This document shows, in pieces, positions 30,291 to 39,928 of a stretch of DNA of 64,000 nucleotides (its first letter is position 1; every line of letters begins with the position of its first letter). The notes beneath the pieces were generated by a model. It was given only the letters and a program-made list of their open reading frames with translations. It was not told the DNA's origin and did not search any database. Made by a program: the position numbers and the translations under genes. Origin of the DNA: Bryobacterales bacterium (GTDB lineage Bacteria > Acidobacteriota > Terriglobia > Bryobacterales > UBA6623); the NCBI GenBank assembly GCA_963422375.2, contig OY729428.2, positions 992,001 to 1,056,000 on the forward strand, given 5' to 3'.

Positions 30291-32438
30291 CTATACCCTG
30301 TGCGGGGCCTCGTCCCGGTCCTGCCGGGAGAACTGGATCAAGCGCCCCTCCGCATCCGCCTTCTCGATCGTCACAACGACGGGCCCGTACGCGGTCGCGC
30401 CGGTCGTCCGGTCCCGCAGGTCCCCCACGACGCCCATGGGATTCGCGCCGCGGCCGGAGGCGTAGCGGCCGAAGCTCGGGTGGCCCTGCCCGAGACCCAT
30501 GGACGCGACACCCGGAATCGCCGCGGGATTCACGTACACCGGCGCTACCAGCTCCCCGTGGGCCGACGCGACCCGCACCATGCTGCCGTTCTTCACGCCG
30601 AGGCTCCCTGCGGTGCCGGGATCGAGTTCGACAGGCAGGCCCCACATCGCGCTCGAGGCGGGATCGGGAAGCTCCTGCAGCCACGGACGGTTCGCACCCT
30701 CCCCGCCACCGAATTGCAGCGAGTCGTAGGCCTGGAACAGCAGGCCTTCGCGCGGGGAGCCCGCCCGGATCTCGCCTAGCCTGGTCCGCGACGCGGCCCG
30801 TCCCGGCACCCGCTCGCCACGCCAGCCGCCCTCGCGCAGGAGCTCGGGGACGGAACGCTCGGCCCCCGGGCCCGCCTGCTCCGGCAGGCCCGCGAGCACG
30901 CTCTCCGGATCCACGAGCTCGAAGGGCCTCCCCACCGCTCCCGCCAACGCAGCCAGCACTTCGTCGGCGGAGCGGCTGTCTCCCAGAGGAGCGACGAACG
31001 CGGCAGTGGCGGCCACGGCGGGTACCGGCGATGCAGGCGGCACGACCGCATGGCTCCTCTCCAGTGCATCGTGGTCGGGTAGGATCAGGTCCGCGTAGGC
31101 GGAAGTGTCGTCCGCAAACGGCGAGAAGCTGATGACCGTGCCCGCCGCCGCCAGCGCGGCCTCGGATCCCGGGGAATTGTAGGCCGGATTCGCGCCGTCG
31201 ATCAGCACGACGTCAGCCGCCGCGAGCCTGTCGCGCCAGCCGTCGCAGACCGGGCGCGTGCGCTCCAGCCCCGTTCCGGACAGCGCCGGGGGCAGGACCC
31301 CGCCCGGCTTGCCGACATTGCCCAGCAGCAGGTTGATCGCGCTGGCGACGGTAACCGCTTCGGCGGAATCCTCCCGCACGACGGACGCCCCGGCCACCAC
31401 GAGAGGCGCGGAGGCTTGCGACAAGCCCTCGGCCGTCTCGCGCATTGCCCCGAGAGGAATCCCCGAGACCGCCACGGCCCAGTCCGGGTCGACGCTTTCG
31501 AACGCCGCAACCACTTCCTCCGGAGCGCTTGCGAGCGCGGGAGCGAGCTTGTCGGACAGCAGGACGCGCCCTATTCCGAGCGCTAGCGCCAGTTCGCCGC
31601 CGGGTCGCACGGGCAGCCAGCGGTTGGCGTTCCAAGCGGTGAGAGAGAAGCGCGACTCCGCATGAGCGAGGCGCCCGCGCAATTCGCGACGGCCCTGCCG
31701 CATGTGCCCGTAACGCCGGGCGTACAGCACGGGAGAGACCCATCCGCCGAGAAAGTCCGCGCCGATCGAGAGGACGAATGTGGCGTCCTGGATCTCGTAC
31801 ACCGGGATCCCGTCCCAGCCGAAGACGCGCTTCGCGGCATCCCGTTCCGCCGCGAAGTCCCCCGACCCCGCGCTGCGCGCGGGCGGCGCGCCGAGCGCCT
31901 CGAGGAAGCGGGCGATGTTGGCCGACCGCGCCGTCGCGCGCGGGCGCGCGAGGAACGCGATCCTGCCCGGATCCGCCGCGAGCGCGCTCTCCACCGCTGC
32001 GGCCGCCTGCTCCAAGGCGTCATCCCAGGCAACCGGCTCAAATTCGCCGCGCCCTCGCTCGCCGACGCGCCTGAGGGGCCCGTGCAGCCTGTCGGGGTTG
32101 TACAGGGCCTGCAGGGAAGCGTGACCTCGCGCACAGAGGCCTCCGCCGCTGACCGGATCCGACCGATGTCCTTCGAGCTTCTTGACCGCGGCGACGCGCT
32201 GGCGGAGCCGCTCCCCGTCGATCACGATCTCGCGCTCGGCGGACATTACCCTAGCGACCGTTCCGCAACCGGCGCCGCACTCCCCGCAAACGCTGGGATG
32301 CCAGCGCTCCATGCCGGGCTCGATCTCGTCATCGCTGACCAGCAGGGGAATGACCTGCTCGGCCTTGTCGCCGCAGGCTCCCGCGATCGCGCCGCCCGAG
32401 GCGGTTCCGACCAGCTTGAAGAAGTTGCGCCGGTCCAT
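30291..32438 (-). CDS. Tat-exported molybdopterin-oxidoreductase-like subunit (ActB1/QrcB-like)
   Basis: MDRRNFFK; CGECGAGC..LCARG; LYNPDRLHGPL; ADLILP; ANRPWLQELPDP. Confidence 0.88.
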   Translation of the reverse strand: MDRRNFFKLVGTASGGAIAGACGDKAEQVIPLLVSDDEIEPGMERWHPSVCGECGAGCGTVARVMSAEREIVIDGERLRQRVAAVKKLEGHRSDPVSGGGLCARGHASLQALYNPDRLHGPLRRVGERGRGEFEPVAWDDALEQAAAAVESALAADPGRIAFLARPRATARSANIARFLEALGAPPARSAGSGDFAAERDAAKRVFGWDGIPVYEIQDATFVLSIGADFLGGWVSPVLYARRYGHMRQGRRELRGRLAHAESRFSLTAWNANRWLPVRPGGELALALGIGRVLLSDKLAPALASAPEEVVAAFESVDPDWAVAVSGIPLGAMRETAEGLSQASAPLVVAGASVVREDSAEAVTVASAINLLLGNVGKPGGVLPPALSGTGLERTRPVCDGWRDRLAAADVVLIDGANPAYNSPGSEAALAAAGTVISFSPFADDTSAYADLILPDHDALERSHAVVPPASPVPAVAATAAFVAPLGDSRSADEVLAALAGAVGRPFELVDPESVLAGLPEQAGPGAERSVPELLREGGWRGERVPGRAASRTRLGEIRAGSPREGLLFQAYDSLQFGGGEGANRPWLQELPDPASSAMWGLPVELDPGTAGSLGVKNGSMVRVASAHGELVAPVYVNPAAIPGVASMGLGQGHPSFGRYASGRGANPMGVVGDLRDRTTGATAYGPVVVTIEKADAEGRLIQFSRQDRDEAPHRV

Positions 32439-32554
32439 CCTATTCGCGTTCCAGCCGCGCGGCGCCAGCATCCGAGCGCCGCGACCACGGGCGGGTCTGT
32501 CGCGTTGCACCGGCGCCGCGGGCGCCCTCTCGTGCGCGATTCCTCATAAGCAGG

Positions 32555-33016
32555 CTAGAAATGGCATGCTAGGCAATCGTCGTCCGCCCGGTTCTCGCGA
32601 TGGCAGGAAACGCACGTGCCCATCGTGTGGCTGACTGCCCGTTCCGCCACCGTCATTGACGCCACGTCGCCGTGGCAGGTCGAGCACTCTACCCCGGCGC
32701 GGGCATGCGGGGCATGGCGGAATTGGACGGCCGCTGCCGGCTCGAATCCGTAGACCCTCGACCACGGCACCTCGCGCTTCCTGTCCCAGTACGCGGTCAG
32801 TCGAACGACCGCGGGCAGATCCGTAGCGATGAACTGGTGGCAGAGCATGCACTTGCGGATCGAAGGGATCCCGGCCGCGTCCCTTGCCACGGCTCCCGTG
32901 TGGCAGTCGACGCACTGCATGCCTGCCTTCTCGACGTGCGCCTTGTGAGAGAACGCGATCGGTTGCTCGGCGGCCGGCGCGGGGAGGAACGCTAGCAGGA
33001 GCGGGACGAATCGCAT
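32555..33016 (-). CDS. Pentaheme cytochrome c (ActA-like)
   Basis: QPIAFSHKAH; five CxxCH motifs (CVDCH, CMLCH, CSTCH, CVSCH, CLACH). Start taken as MRFVPLL. Confidence 0.9.
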   Translation of the reverse strand: MRFVPLLLAFLPAPAAEQPIAFSHKAHVEKAGMQCVDCHTGAVARDAAGIPSIRKCMLCHQFIATDLPAVVRLTAYWDRKREVPWSRVYGFEPAAAVQFRHAPHARAGVECSTCHGDVASMTVAERAVSHTMGTCVSCHRENRADDDCLACHF

Positions 33017-33105
33017 CGGCCGCGGAATCCACCGGTCCGCGCGAAGAAACCCAGCATACACCAGCACCTCTAGCCGACGGCCGGCAGCGGGTTCGACGGC
33101 GCCGG

Positions 33106-34626
33106 TCAGGCGACCTTCAGCGCGTCCATGGCCCGCGCCGCGACCTCCGAGTCCGGGTCGCCCGTGCCGTGCAGGTAGTACGAGGCCGCGGCCAGCAGGT
33201 GAGGCCGCCAGGAGGGGCTCGCCAGGGCCAGGTCCTCGAAGGCGGCCGCCGCGAACTTGAATCGGTGCGAGTCGTCCGCCTTGCGGAAAACGAGGCTCCG
33301 CGCGGCGCGGAAGAACGGAGTCAGGTCGGCATGCGCGGACGCGTACCCGTGGGCCTTGCGGGCGGCCCTGTCGGCGTCCTCCCTCCGCAAGTCGAGCACT
33401 TGCCTCGCCGCGGCCTCCGCTCCGCCGGCCGCGTCCGCGCCCTCGAAGGCGGCGATCCTGACGTCCCTCATCCGGTCCTCCCCGGCCATGAAGCGGGTGA
33501 ATTGCCCCATCCAGCCGACGCCCTGCAAGAGGAGATACAGGCGCGTCTCCGGGTCGCTTGCCACGCGGAAGGCGTAGTGCAGAGCGTTCGCGGAGGTCAC
33601 GCAATGGACCCCGAGAATGCCGGGAAGCCGCATCATCAGCTCGCCCGCAGCGAGGTGAATCCCCTGCCACGCGTCGCCCGCACCCGCGCTGCCGTCGGTC
33701 AGCATCCTCGCGACTGCAGCACTCGCCGGCACGGGTCGGCCCTCCCGTATAGCGGAGACGATCTCGCCGGTCGCGGACGGGTCGGGCGACCCCGCCGAGA
33801 TCCAACCGGCCGGCAGGCCGCGCAAGGCCTTGCGCGCCGTCTCGGCGTTGGCGGCGTGGCATTGGTCCTCGAATCCGTAGCCATTCATGCGGCGCTCGGT
33901 CCCGAAGTCGAGCAGTCCCAGCGTCAGCGATCGCAGGGCGGCCTCGGCATGCCGCCAGCCGATCACCTGGAGGGTACGCCAGGTGTTCGCCGTGAAGATG
34001 GCCTTGTGCCCGATGTTGCGGTAGTCCCTCGCTCCGTAGCGCCACAGGCCCTCGACCACCTCGTGCGCGCCCCTGGTGCGGGCCAGGGCGGCGATCGCGC
34101 GATCCGCGCGATCCTCGTCCCAGGAATCCATCGCAGCGCGGAATTCGTCCCACGCCTGGCCCGCCGACGGCAGCGGCCCCTTGACGGGTCGCAGGCGGAA
34201 ATCGCCTTCCTCGACGTCGCGCTCCTGCGACTGCTTGAAGTAGTCGGCGGCCCACATCAACGGCAGCAGCCGCTCCCTGTACGGAGCGTCCAAGCCCAGC
34301 TGATGCGCCGAGTGCAGCACGAACACGCAATGGAACTTGAACCCGGGAGGCTGCGGGCTGACGTTGCGGATACCGGCCAGAAACAGGGACGCAAGGAATG
34401 CGCGGTAGGAGAGGCCTCCATTCAGTCGGTCGGCAAGCGTTTCAAGCAACCGGCCCCGCGGTGTTTCCTCGATCAGGCGCACCAGCGGCTCGATCTCCGG
34501 CCCGAAGCGCACCATGTCCGATGCGACGCTGCTCTCGGAGGCCTCGAGCCGACCGGCACCGACGAGGGCTTCCCCGGCAATCGCGCCCGCACCGGCAATG
34601 CCCTTGATCGCTTCCCTGCGCAGCAT
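33106..34626 (-). CDS. Hypothetical alpha-helical protein with possible Tat signal
   Basis: GGAGG RBS; MLRREAIK plus Ala/Gly stretch; His-containing motifs (FHCVFVLHS, IGHKAI, VHCVTSANALH, DSHRFK). Confidence 0.75.
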   Translation of the reverse strand: MLRREAIKGIAGAGAIAGEALVGAGRLEASESSVASDMVRFGPEIEPLVRLIEETPRGRLLETLADRLNGGLSYRAFLASLFLAGIRNVSPQPPGFKFHCVFVLHSAHQLGLDAPYRERLLPLMWAADYFKQSQERDVEEGDFRLRPVKGPLPSAGQAWDEFRAAMDSWDEDRADRAIAALARTRGAHEVVEGLWRYGARDYRNIGHKAIFTANTWRTLQVIGWRHAEAALRSLTLGLLDFGTERRMNGYGFEDQCHAANAETARKALRGLPAGWISAGSPDPSATGEIVSAIREGRPVPASAAVARMLTDGSAGAGDAWQGIHLAAGELMMRLPGILGVHCVTSANALHYAFRVASDPETRLYLLLQGVGWMGQFTRFMAGEDRMRDVRIAAFEGADAAGGAEAAARQVLDLRREDADRAARKAHGYASAHADLTPFFRAARSLVFRKADDSHRFKFAAAAFEDLALASPSWRPHLLAAASYYLHGTGDPDSEVAARAMDALKVA

Positions 34627-35057
34627 CGAGTACGCCTCCAAGACCCGCCAGAGCTTATCAAACCACTCGGACAAGCCGAATTCAAAGTGGAGCAGCAGAA
34701 ATCGCCACCGCAACGGCCGAGACCGGGGATTAGGCGACAGGACTACGCCGGCGCGGCCCCGGACCGTCGCATCGAATCATCCCCACCGCTTGTGCACGGT
34801 CGACGTTGAGACCTACCAGTGGGCGGACGGCGCCGGCGTACCCCTGCGGCTCGCGGAACGATTCCGGGCAGGATGCCACCGGTCCCGCGGTCGAGCCGGG
34901 AATGGCGAACCGCGCCGGGAATGCGCAACGCAACAGGATGGGGCGCCCTGCGGCTGAGTTGGCCGGCGCCGGCACTTCCACGGTACTCGCGTGGCCAGCA
35001 CCCTGGCCGGGCCAAGGCCTAGAGGGACCATCCGCACCCGAGGCTCGGAAGGCTACA

Positions 35058-36620
35058 ATGCGTCCGGTGCTCAAGCGCAAGCTTCCGATCGGCATCCAGA
35101 CCTTTCGAGAGATACGCGAGGAGGGGTATTACTATGTCGACAAGACCGCCTACGCACGACTCCTCGCCGACGATGCGGGCAAGCACTACTTCCTCTCGCG
35201 CCCGCGACGATTCGGCAAGAGCCTGTTCCTAGACACGTTGAAGGAACTGTTCGAAGGTGCCGAGCCGCTCTTCCGCGGACTGGCCGTCCACGACGGCTGG
35301 AACTGGTCGAAGTGCCGTCCCGTCGTGCGGCTGAGCTTCGCCAGCGGGAACTTCAAGAAGCCCGGCTTTCTGGAGGAATCTGCGACAGCGCAGATCGAGG
35401 ACATCGCCCTGCGGACTGGCGTCGGAGCGGCCGGTGGAACGAGCTCTGCGGTGCGCCTGCGACGGCTGATCGAAGCATTGAGCGTGCATTCGGGCGAACG
35501 GGTAACGGTACTGGTGGACGAGTACGACAAGCCGGTTCTAGACGCTCTGGACGAGCCGAGGACCGCCCGCACCAACCGCGACGACCTGAGAGGACTGTAC
35601 TCGACAATCAAGGACTGCGACTCTTGGATCGAATTCTCATTCATTACCGGCGTCAGCAAGTTCTCCAAGGTGAGCCTGTTTTCCGGACTGAACATTCTTA
35701 CCGATATCACTTTGGATCCCGTCTACTCGGCCATCTGCGGTTACACGGACGCGGACTTGGACGCCGTCTTCGGGCCGGAACTGCAGGGTCTCGACCGATC
35801 CGCAATCCGCGAGTGGTACAACGGCTACGCTTGGCTGGGACCGGAGCGGGTATACAATCCCTTCGGCCTCCTCAAGCTGTTTCGCAGCCGCCGGTTCCGT
35901 GCCCACTGGTTCGAGACGGCGACGCCGACGTTCCTAGTCGACACTCTGCTGGAGCGCGGCGTGGACGCCGCAGCCCTCGACGGCCTGCACTGCGACGAGG
36001 ATCTGCTGTCGGCATTCGACGTGGACTCCATGTCGACCGAAGCACTGCTGTTCCAAACCGGCTACCTCACAATCACGGGCGCGGAGGACCTCGACGAAGA
36101 CCCGCAGTATCGACTGGGATATCCGAATCGGGAGGTGCGACAGAGCCTGAACCGGAGCCTGCTGACCGCGCTGGCCCCGAGCTGGCGGCAGGGCCTAGGG
36201 AACGGAGCATCGCTGCGGCGGCTACTTGCCGCAGGAGACCTTCCGGGCACGGAGACGCTGTTCCGTGCGCTGTTCGCCGGCATTCCCTACGAATGGCACC
36301 TGCGGAACGATATCGCCCGCTACGAGGGCTACTGGGCGAGCGTGTTCTACGCCTATGTTGCGGCTGCTGGGCTGGACGTAGTGGTCGAGGATAGCGGAAG
36401 CCGGGGTCGGCTGGACATGGTAGTGCGGCTCGGCGAAAGGGTCTACCTTTTCGAATTCAAGGTAGTCGAGCGAGCATCCCCGGGCGCGGCGCTGGCACAG
36501 CTTCGGGCGCGACGATACGCCGAGAAGTATCGAGGGGGAGGCCGGGCAGTCGTCTTGATCGGTGTGGAGTTCAGCAGCGGGGCACGCAACATCGTGGCTT
36601 TCGATGTAGCGAACGGCTGA
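35058..36620 (+). CDS. AAA-ATPase-like protein with C-terminal PD-(D/E)XK nuclease domain
   Basis: LPIGIQTF, RPRRFGKS, VDEYDKP, GRLDM..YLFEFK. Start is ATG 35058 or GTG 35067. Confidence 0.92.
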   Translation: MRPVLKRKLPIGIQTFREIREEGYYYVDKTAYARLLADDAGKHYFLSRPRRFGKSLFLDTLKELFEGAEPLFRGLAVHDGWNWSKCRPVVRLSFASGNFKKPGFLEESATAQIEDIALRTGVGAAGGTSSAVRLRRLIEALSVHSGERVTVLVDEYDKPVLDALDEPRTARTNRDDLRGLYSTIKDCDSWIEFSFITGVSKFSKVSLFSGLNILTDITLDPVYSAICGYTDADLDAVFGPELQGLDRSAIREWYNGYAWLGPERVYNPFGLLKLFRSRRFRAHWFETATPTFLVDTLLERGVDAAALDGLHCDEDLLSAFDVDSMSTEALLFQTGYLTITGAEDLDEDPQYRLGYPNREVRQSLNRSLLTALAPSWRQGLGNGASLRRLLAAGDLPGTETLFRALFAGIPYEWHLRNDIARYEGYWASVFYAYVAAAGLDVVVEDSGSRGRLDMVVRLGERVYLFEFKVVERASPGAALAQLRARRYAEKYRGGGRAVVLIGVEFSSGARNIVAFDVANG

Positions 36621-36684
36621 GCCCACTTCCCGACGACAGAGCAGTCCACCCAAGGTAGCCAACCTACGCTGCCGTGTCAGGCGA

Positions 36685-37520
36685 GTGAAAGAGCTCGTAA
36701 AGGGCACCACGCCCGGGGCGGGTCGACGGGATCTGGCGAACTCCGGGCTGGACCTCGGACCCGCCAACATATGCGTTGGACTAGGGCGCATGCCCGACCT
36801 ATTCCGGCCGTTCCGGGCGGCGTTGCGGGAGCGCCAGCGACTGGCCGCGGTGCTACACGGGGACGAGACCACGTGGATGCTCCGCGCCCCGGCCGACGAC
36901 GGTGACAGCGCACGCGCGCGGGGCAGGTCAAACTGGCCCGGCGCTGGGCGCACGCCCGCAGCGATGTCGTGAACTCCGCCAAGGAGTCTCCGCTCCCGAG
37001 AGACTGGGCGGGGACTTGGCTGGACTCCACCGGGGAGCTGTACGGGCTGAATGCGCAGTGCCTGTAAGCATGGACATGGCCCAGCCGCTGGAGCGCCAAG
37101 GGGACCCGTTCCAGCAGGTGCAGGACCAGTTCCAGAGCGAGGTGACGGCGTTCTTCCAAGCGGCGGAACGGGAGTTGCAGGCGCTGGAGCATAGCGGCCT
37201 GCCGGCGGAGCCTGGGCGCGGCCCGCTGCGGTCGCTGGTGCATCGCCGGCAGCGTCTGGAGCTGTGCCTGAACAAACCCCCGGTGCCGATTGACTATGAC
37301 GCCGCCGAGCGGGCGCTGCGCCCGGCCGTGATCTGGCGCCTGCTGACCTACGGCACGCGATCCGAGCGCGGCGCGGAAATGGCCGGGCTGATGCTGTCGA
37401 TTTACGAGACGTTGCGCTTAGCGAATCAGGACCCCCTCGAATAGACTCGGTCCTACCTGCAGGCCTGCGTCTCCAGCGGGGGCACGGCACCGACCGACCT
37501 GCGGCCCTGGCTGCCCCAGA
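36685..37520 (+). pseudogene. IS66-family transposase remnant
   Basis: LHGDETTW; PIDYDAAERALRPAV..GTRSERGA; internal deletions and stops. Confidence 0.75.
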
Positions 37521-37659
37521 ACCCGGTTCCGCTGCCGCCGACCGCCCGGCCGAAGTTGCTGCGGACGGGATTTCCAGCCAACCGATACTGGACGGATCCG
37601 CGCCCTAGGCGGGCAGGGCGACCCGCCGCTGGGCAGCGCGGCGCTCTTGCGGGCCGTCT

Positions 37660-38095
37660 GCGAGCATCAACCGCTCCCGCTACCTGATCCTAGCGTTGAC
37701 GCACATGGCCCACCCCGCCTTGCTCGCGCTCGCGTTCGTCGCCCGGCACCTGCCCGAGGACTGGTTCAATCTCGACATCTTGCACCCCATGCTCCTGGAG
37801 GACTTCTGCGAGACCGGCCGCGTCCGCGGCATCAGCTGCCACGCCGCCAACTGGATCCACGTCGGCCGTACCTACACAGTGCGCCGAAGTGACTCCGGAC
37901 TTCTGTCCTCCAGACAGGCACCTGCAATGGAGAACCACAAGATGTAGATCAGATGATGCGAACCCTCGGAGAAGAATCTTGACGCATTGTGTAACGCGAC
38001 GGCAAGCTCAACACCCGCGGCCAACACGCGCTTCCCATCAAGGACTTCCTCCTCAAGCGCCTGCATCCCGACTGGTGCGCGATCCTCAACCGCTG
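37660..38095 (+). pseudogene. DUF4338 (DruA-like) C-terminal remnant, interrupted by a MITE
   Basis: NRSRYLIL..RHLPEDW..PMLLEDF..AANWIHVGRT | GKLN..LPIKDFLLKRLHPDWCAILNR. Confidence 0.7.
37875..37991. mobile_element. 117-bp MITE-like insertion
   Basis: TA-CACAGTGCGCC ... GACGCATTGTG-TA (9/11 IR). Removal restores the host reading frame. Confidence 0.65.
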
Positions 38096-38611
38096 CCCCC
38101 TCATGCCTTCCGGACTCACGCCGATAGACGTTGATGGACGACTCATGGAATCTGCCGCGTCGGTATCGAGGAACCATCTTGCGCCATGTCTGCGGACCAG
38201 CATTGAACGTTCGTAAGCGAATCGTGCGATGACTAGGTCTTCGGCAGATCATCGCACCTCGGCATCGGAGTCGGCGCGCCCCCCTGCCTACTTCCGCGGG
38301 ATCGTGTGCCCGGACGCGAGCAAGCCCGAAGAGGAGAGTCCTGCTTATGGGGAATGACGCAAGAGTCGAATCTGTTAGAACGGTCAAGATCCGCGAAGTG
38401 TGGGGAACCGAAGACAGGGACTTCACTCCTTGGCTCGCATCCAACATCAGCGAACTCGAGGCCGTGCTGGGAATCGGGCTGGCCAACCCTAGACGTGAGG
38501 AATCGGTCGGCGACTTCAGCATCGACATCGTCGCGGAATCCAGCTTCGGCGACGTCGTCATTGAGAATCAGTATGGTCGCAGCAACCACCGCCATCTCGG
38601 GCAGTTGGTTA

Positions 38612-39928
38612 GGACTTTGATCGATATTAAGTTTCCAACTTCATCGTGGATGTAGTTCGTAGTTCCAATCACCGTGGAACTCGTTCCGATGGAGCGACAG
38701 GGCGTCCATCTCCGCCTTCGTTACTGCCTCACCGGTCGGGTACTTTCTATTGTCAAGTTTGGCTTTGACCCGAAGGCCGGCGGCTGTGCGCGTACCGCCG
38801 ATCAAGTCGACAACGGTCTCAAATGTACGCAGTGGCTTGCCTCGCCAATTCTGCGTGACGTGGCAGAACAGGCGGCGCTCAATCTTATGCCATGGACTGG
38901 TCCCCGGCGGGAAGCGGCTGACGTGGATGCGAAGACATGTCCGGTCAGCGAACTTCTGCAGTCGATGCTTCCAGGCGCGAGAGCGATACCCGTTGCTACC
39001 GCCCGCATCGGCAGCGATGAACAGCTCGCCAGCCTCGGGGTAGCGGCGCTTCCCCGTCTCGTTCCACCACCGTCGCAGCGAGGCCGCGGCAAACGCGGGC
39101 GTGCCGTGATCACGTCCGACATGCACCCAGGCTTCGTTGCGCCCCATGTCGTGGATGCCATACGGCATCGCTTTGCCGGACGAGTCCTTGGGAAAATCAT
39201 GCACCAGTGATTTCCCGGGGCTCCCCTTCGGTTGCCATGCCCGCCCGCCGTTCTTGAATTCACCCGCCAGTTCCTTCTTCTCGGTGTCGACCGAGACCAC
39301 TGGCTGACAACGTTGCGGGAAATCATCCGCCTTCGTATGGATGTGCTCGAACTGCGCGTCCCGGTCGGGGCGGGTTGTCCCTTCGAGACTCTTGCGCACC
39401 GATTGCAGGCTGCAGCCAAGCTCGTGCAGTAAACGGCTCGCCGTCGTCGAACTCACCTGCCAACCCGCCTGCGACAACGCCGCCTGCGACAACGCCGCGG
39501 TGAGCTTCGCCCGACTCTTGCATGTCCAGCGCAACGGCGACTCCGGGTCACCGCGCGTCAACGGGTCAACCAGCTTCTCCAGCGCTTGCTCGATGCCCGG
39601 CCGCGACTGCTCGATGCCGGGCCGCCCGGCGCCCGGGCGGCGTATCCGACCGCGTTCAACACTGCCGGATTCCAGCTCTCGACGCCCCGCGCGGATGGCG
39701 CGGATGGTCGGGCGCGACAACCCAGTCGCGTCCGATACCAGCGCATCTCCCCCATACCCGATGGCACGCGACTCCGTCGCCGCCCATAGCCGACGCCCGC
39801 GCTCGTCGAGAAACGCTTCCACCGCCGCGTACTGCTCAACAATTGTCGCTTCGAGTTCAAGATTGCGTCTCATCGGATGATGAGAACACAAAACTCAGAA
39901 CATGGAAATCTAATTTCCGACAACGCCC
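38612..39928 (-). mobile_element. ISAzo13-family element
   Basis: Imperfect IRs ending TTTCCA; flanks TTA/TTG. Removal rejoins the host frame. Ends accurate to about 2 bp. Confidence 0.8.
38641..39891 (-). CDS. ISAzo13 transposase (possibly degenerate)
   Basis: GDPESPLRWT, VSVDTEKKE, ADAGGSNG, PPGTS.W.KIE, FHGDWNY. Substitutions at usually conserved sites. Confidence 0.85.
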   Translation of the reverse strand: MCSHHPMRRNLELEATIVEQYAAVEAFLDERGRRLWAATESRAIGYGGDALVSDATGLSRPTIRAIRAGRRELESGSVERGRIRRPGAGRPGIEQSRPGIEQALEKLVDPLTRGDPESPLRWTCKSRAKLTAALSQAALSQAGWQVSSTTASRLLHELGCSLQSVRKSLEGTTRPDRDAQFEHIHTKADDFPQRCQPVVSVDTEKKELAGEFKNGGRAWQPKGSPGKSLVHDFPKDSSGKAMPYGIHDMGRNEAWVHVGRDHGTPAFAAASLRRWWNETGKRRYPEAGELFIAADAGGSNGYRSRAWKHRLQKFADRTCLRIHVSRFPPGTSPWHKIERRLFCHVTQNWRGKPLRTFETVVDLIGGTRTAAGLRVKAKLDNRKYPTGEAVTKAEMDALSLHRNEFHGDWNYELHPR

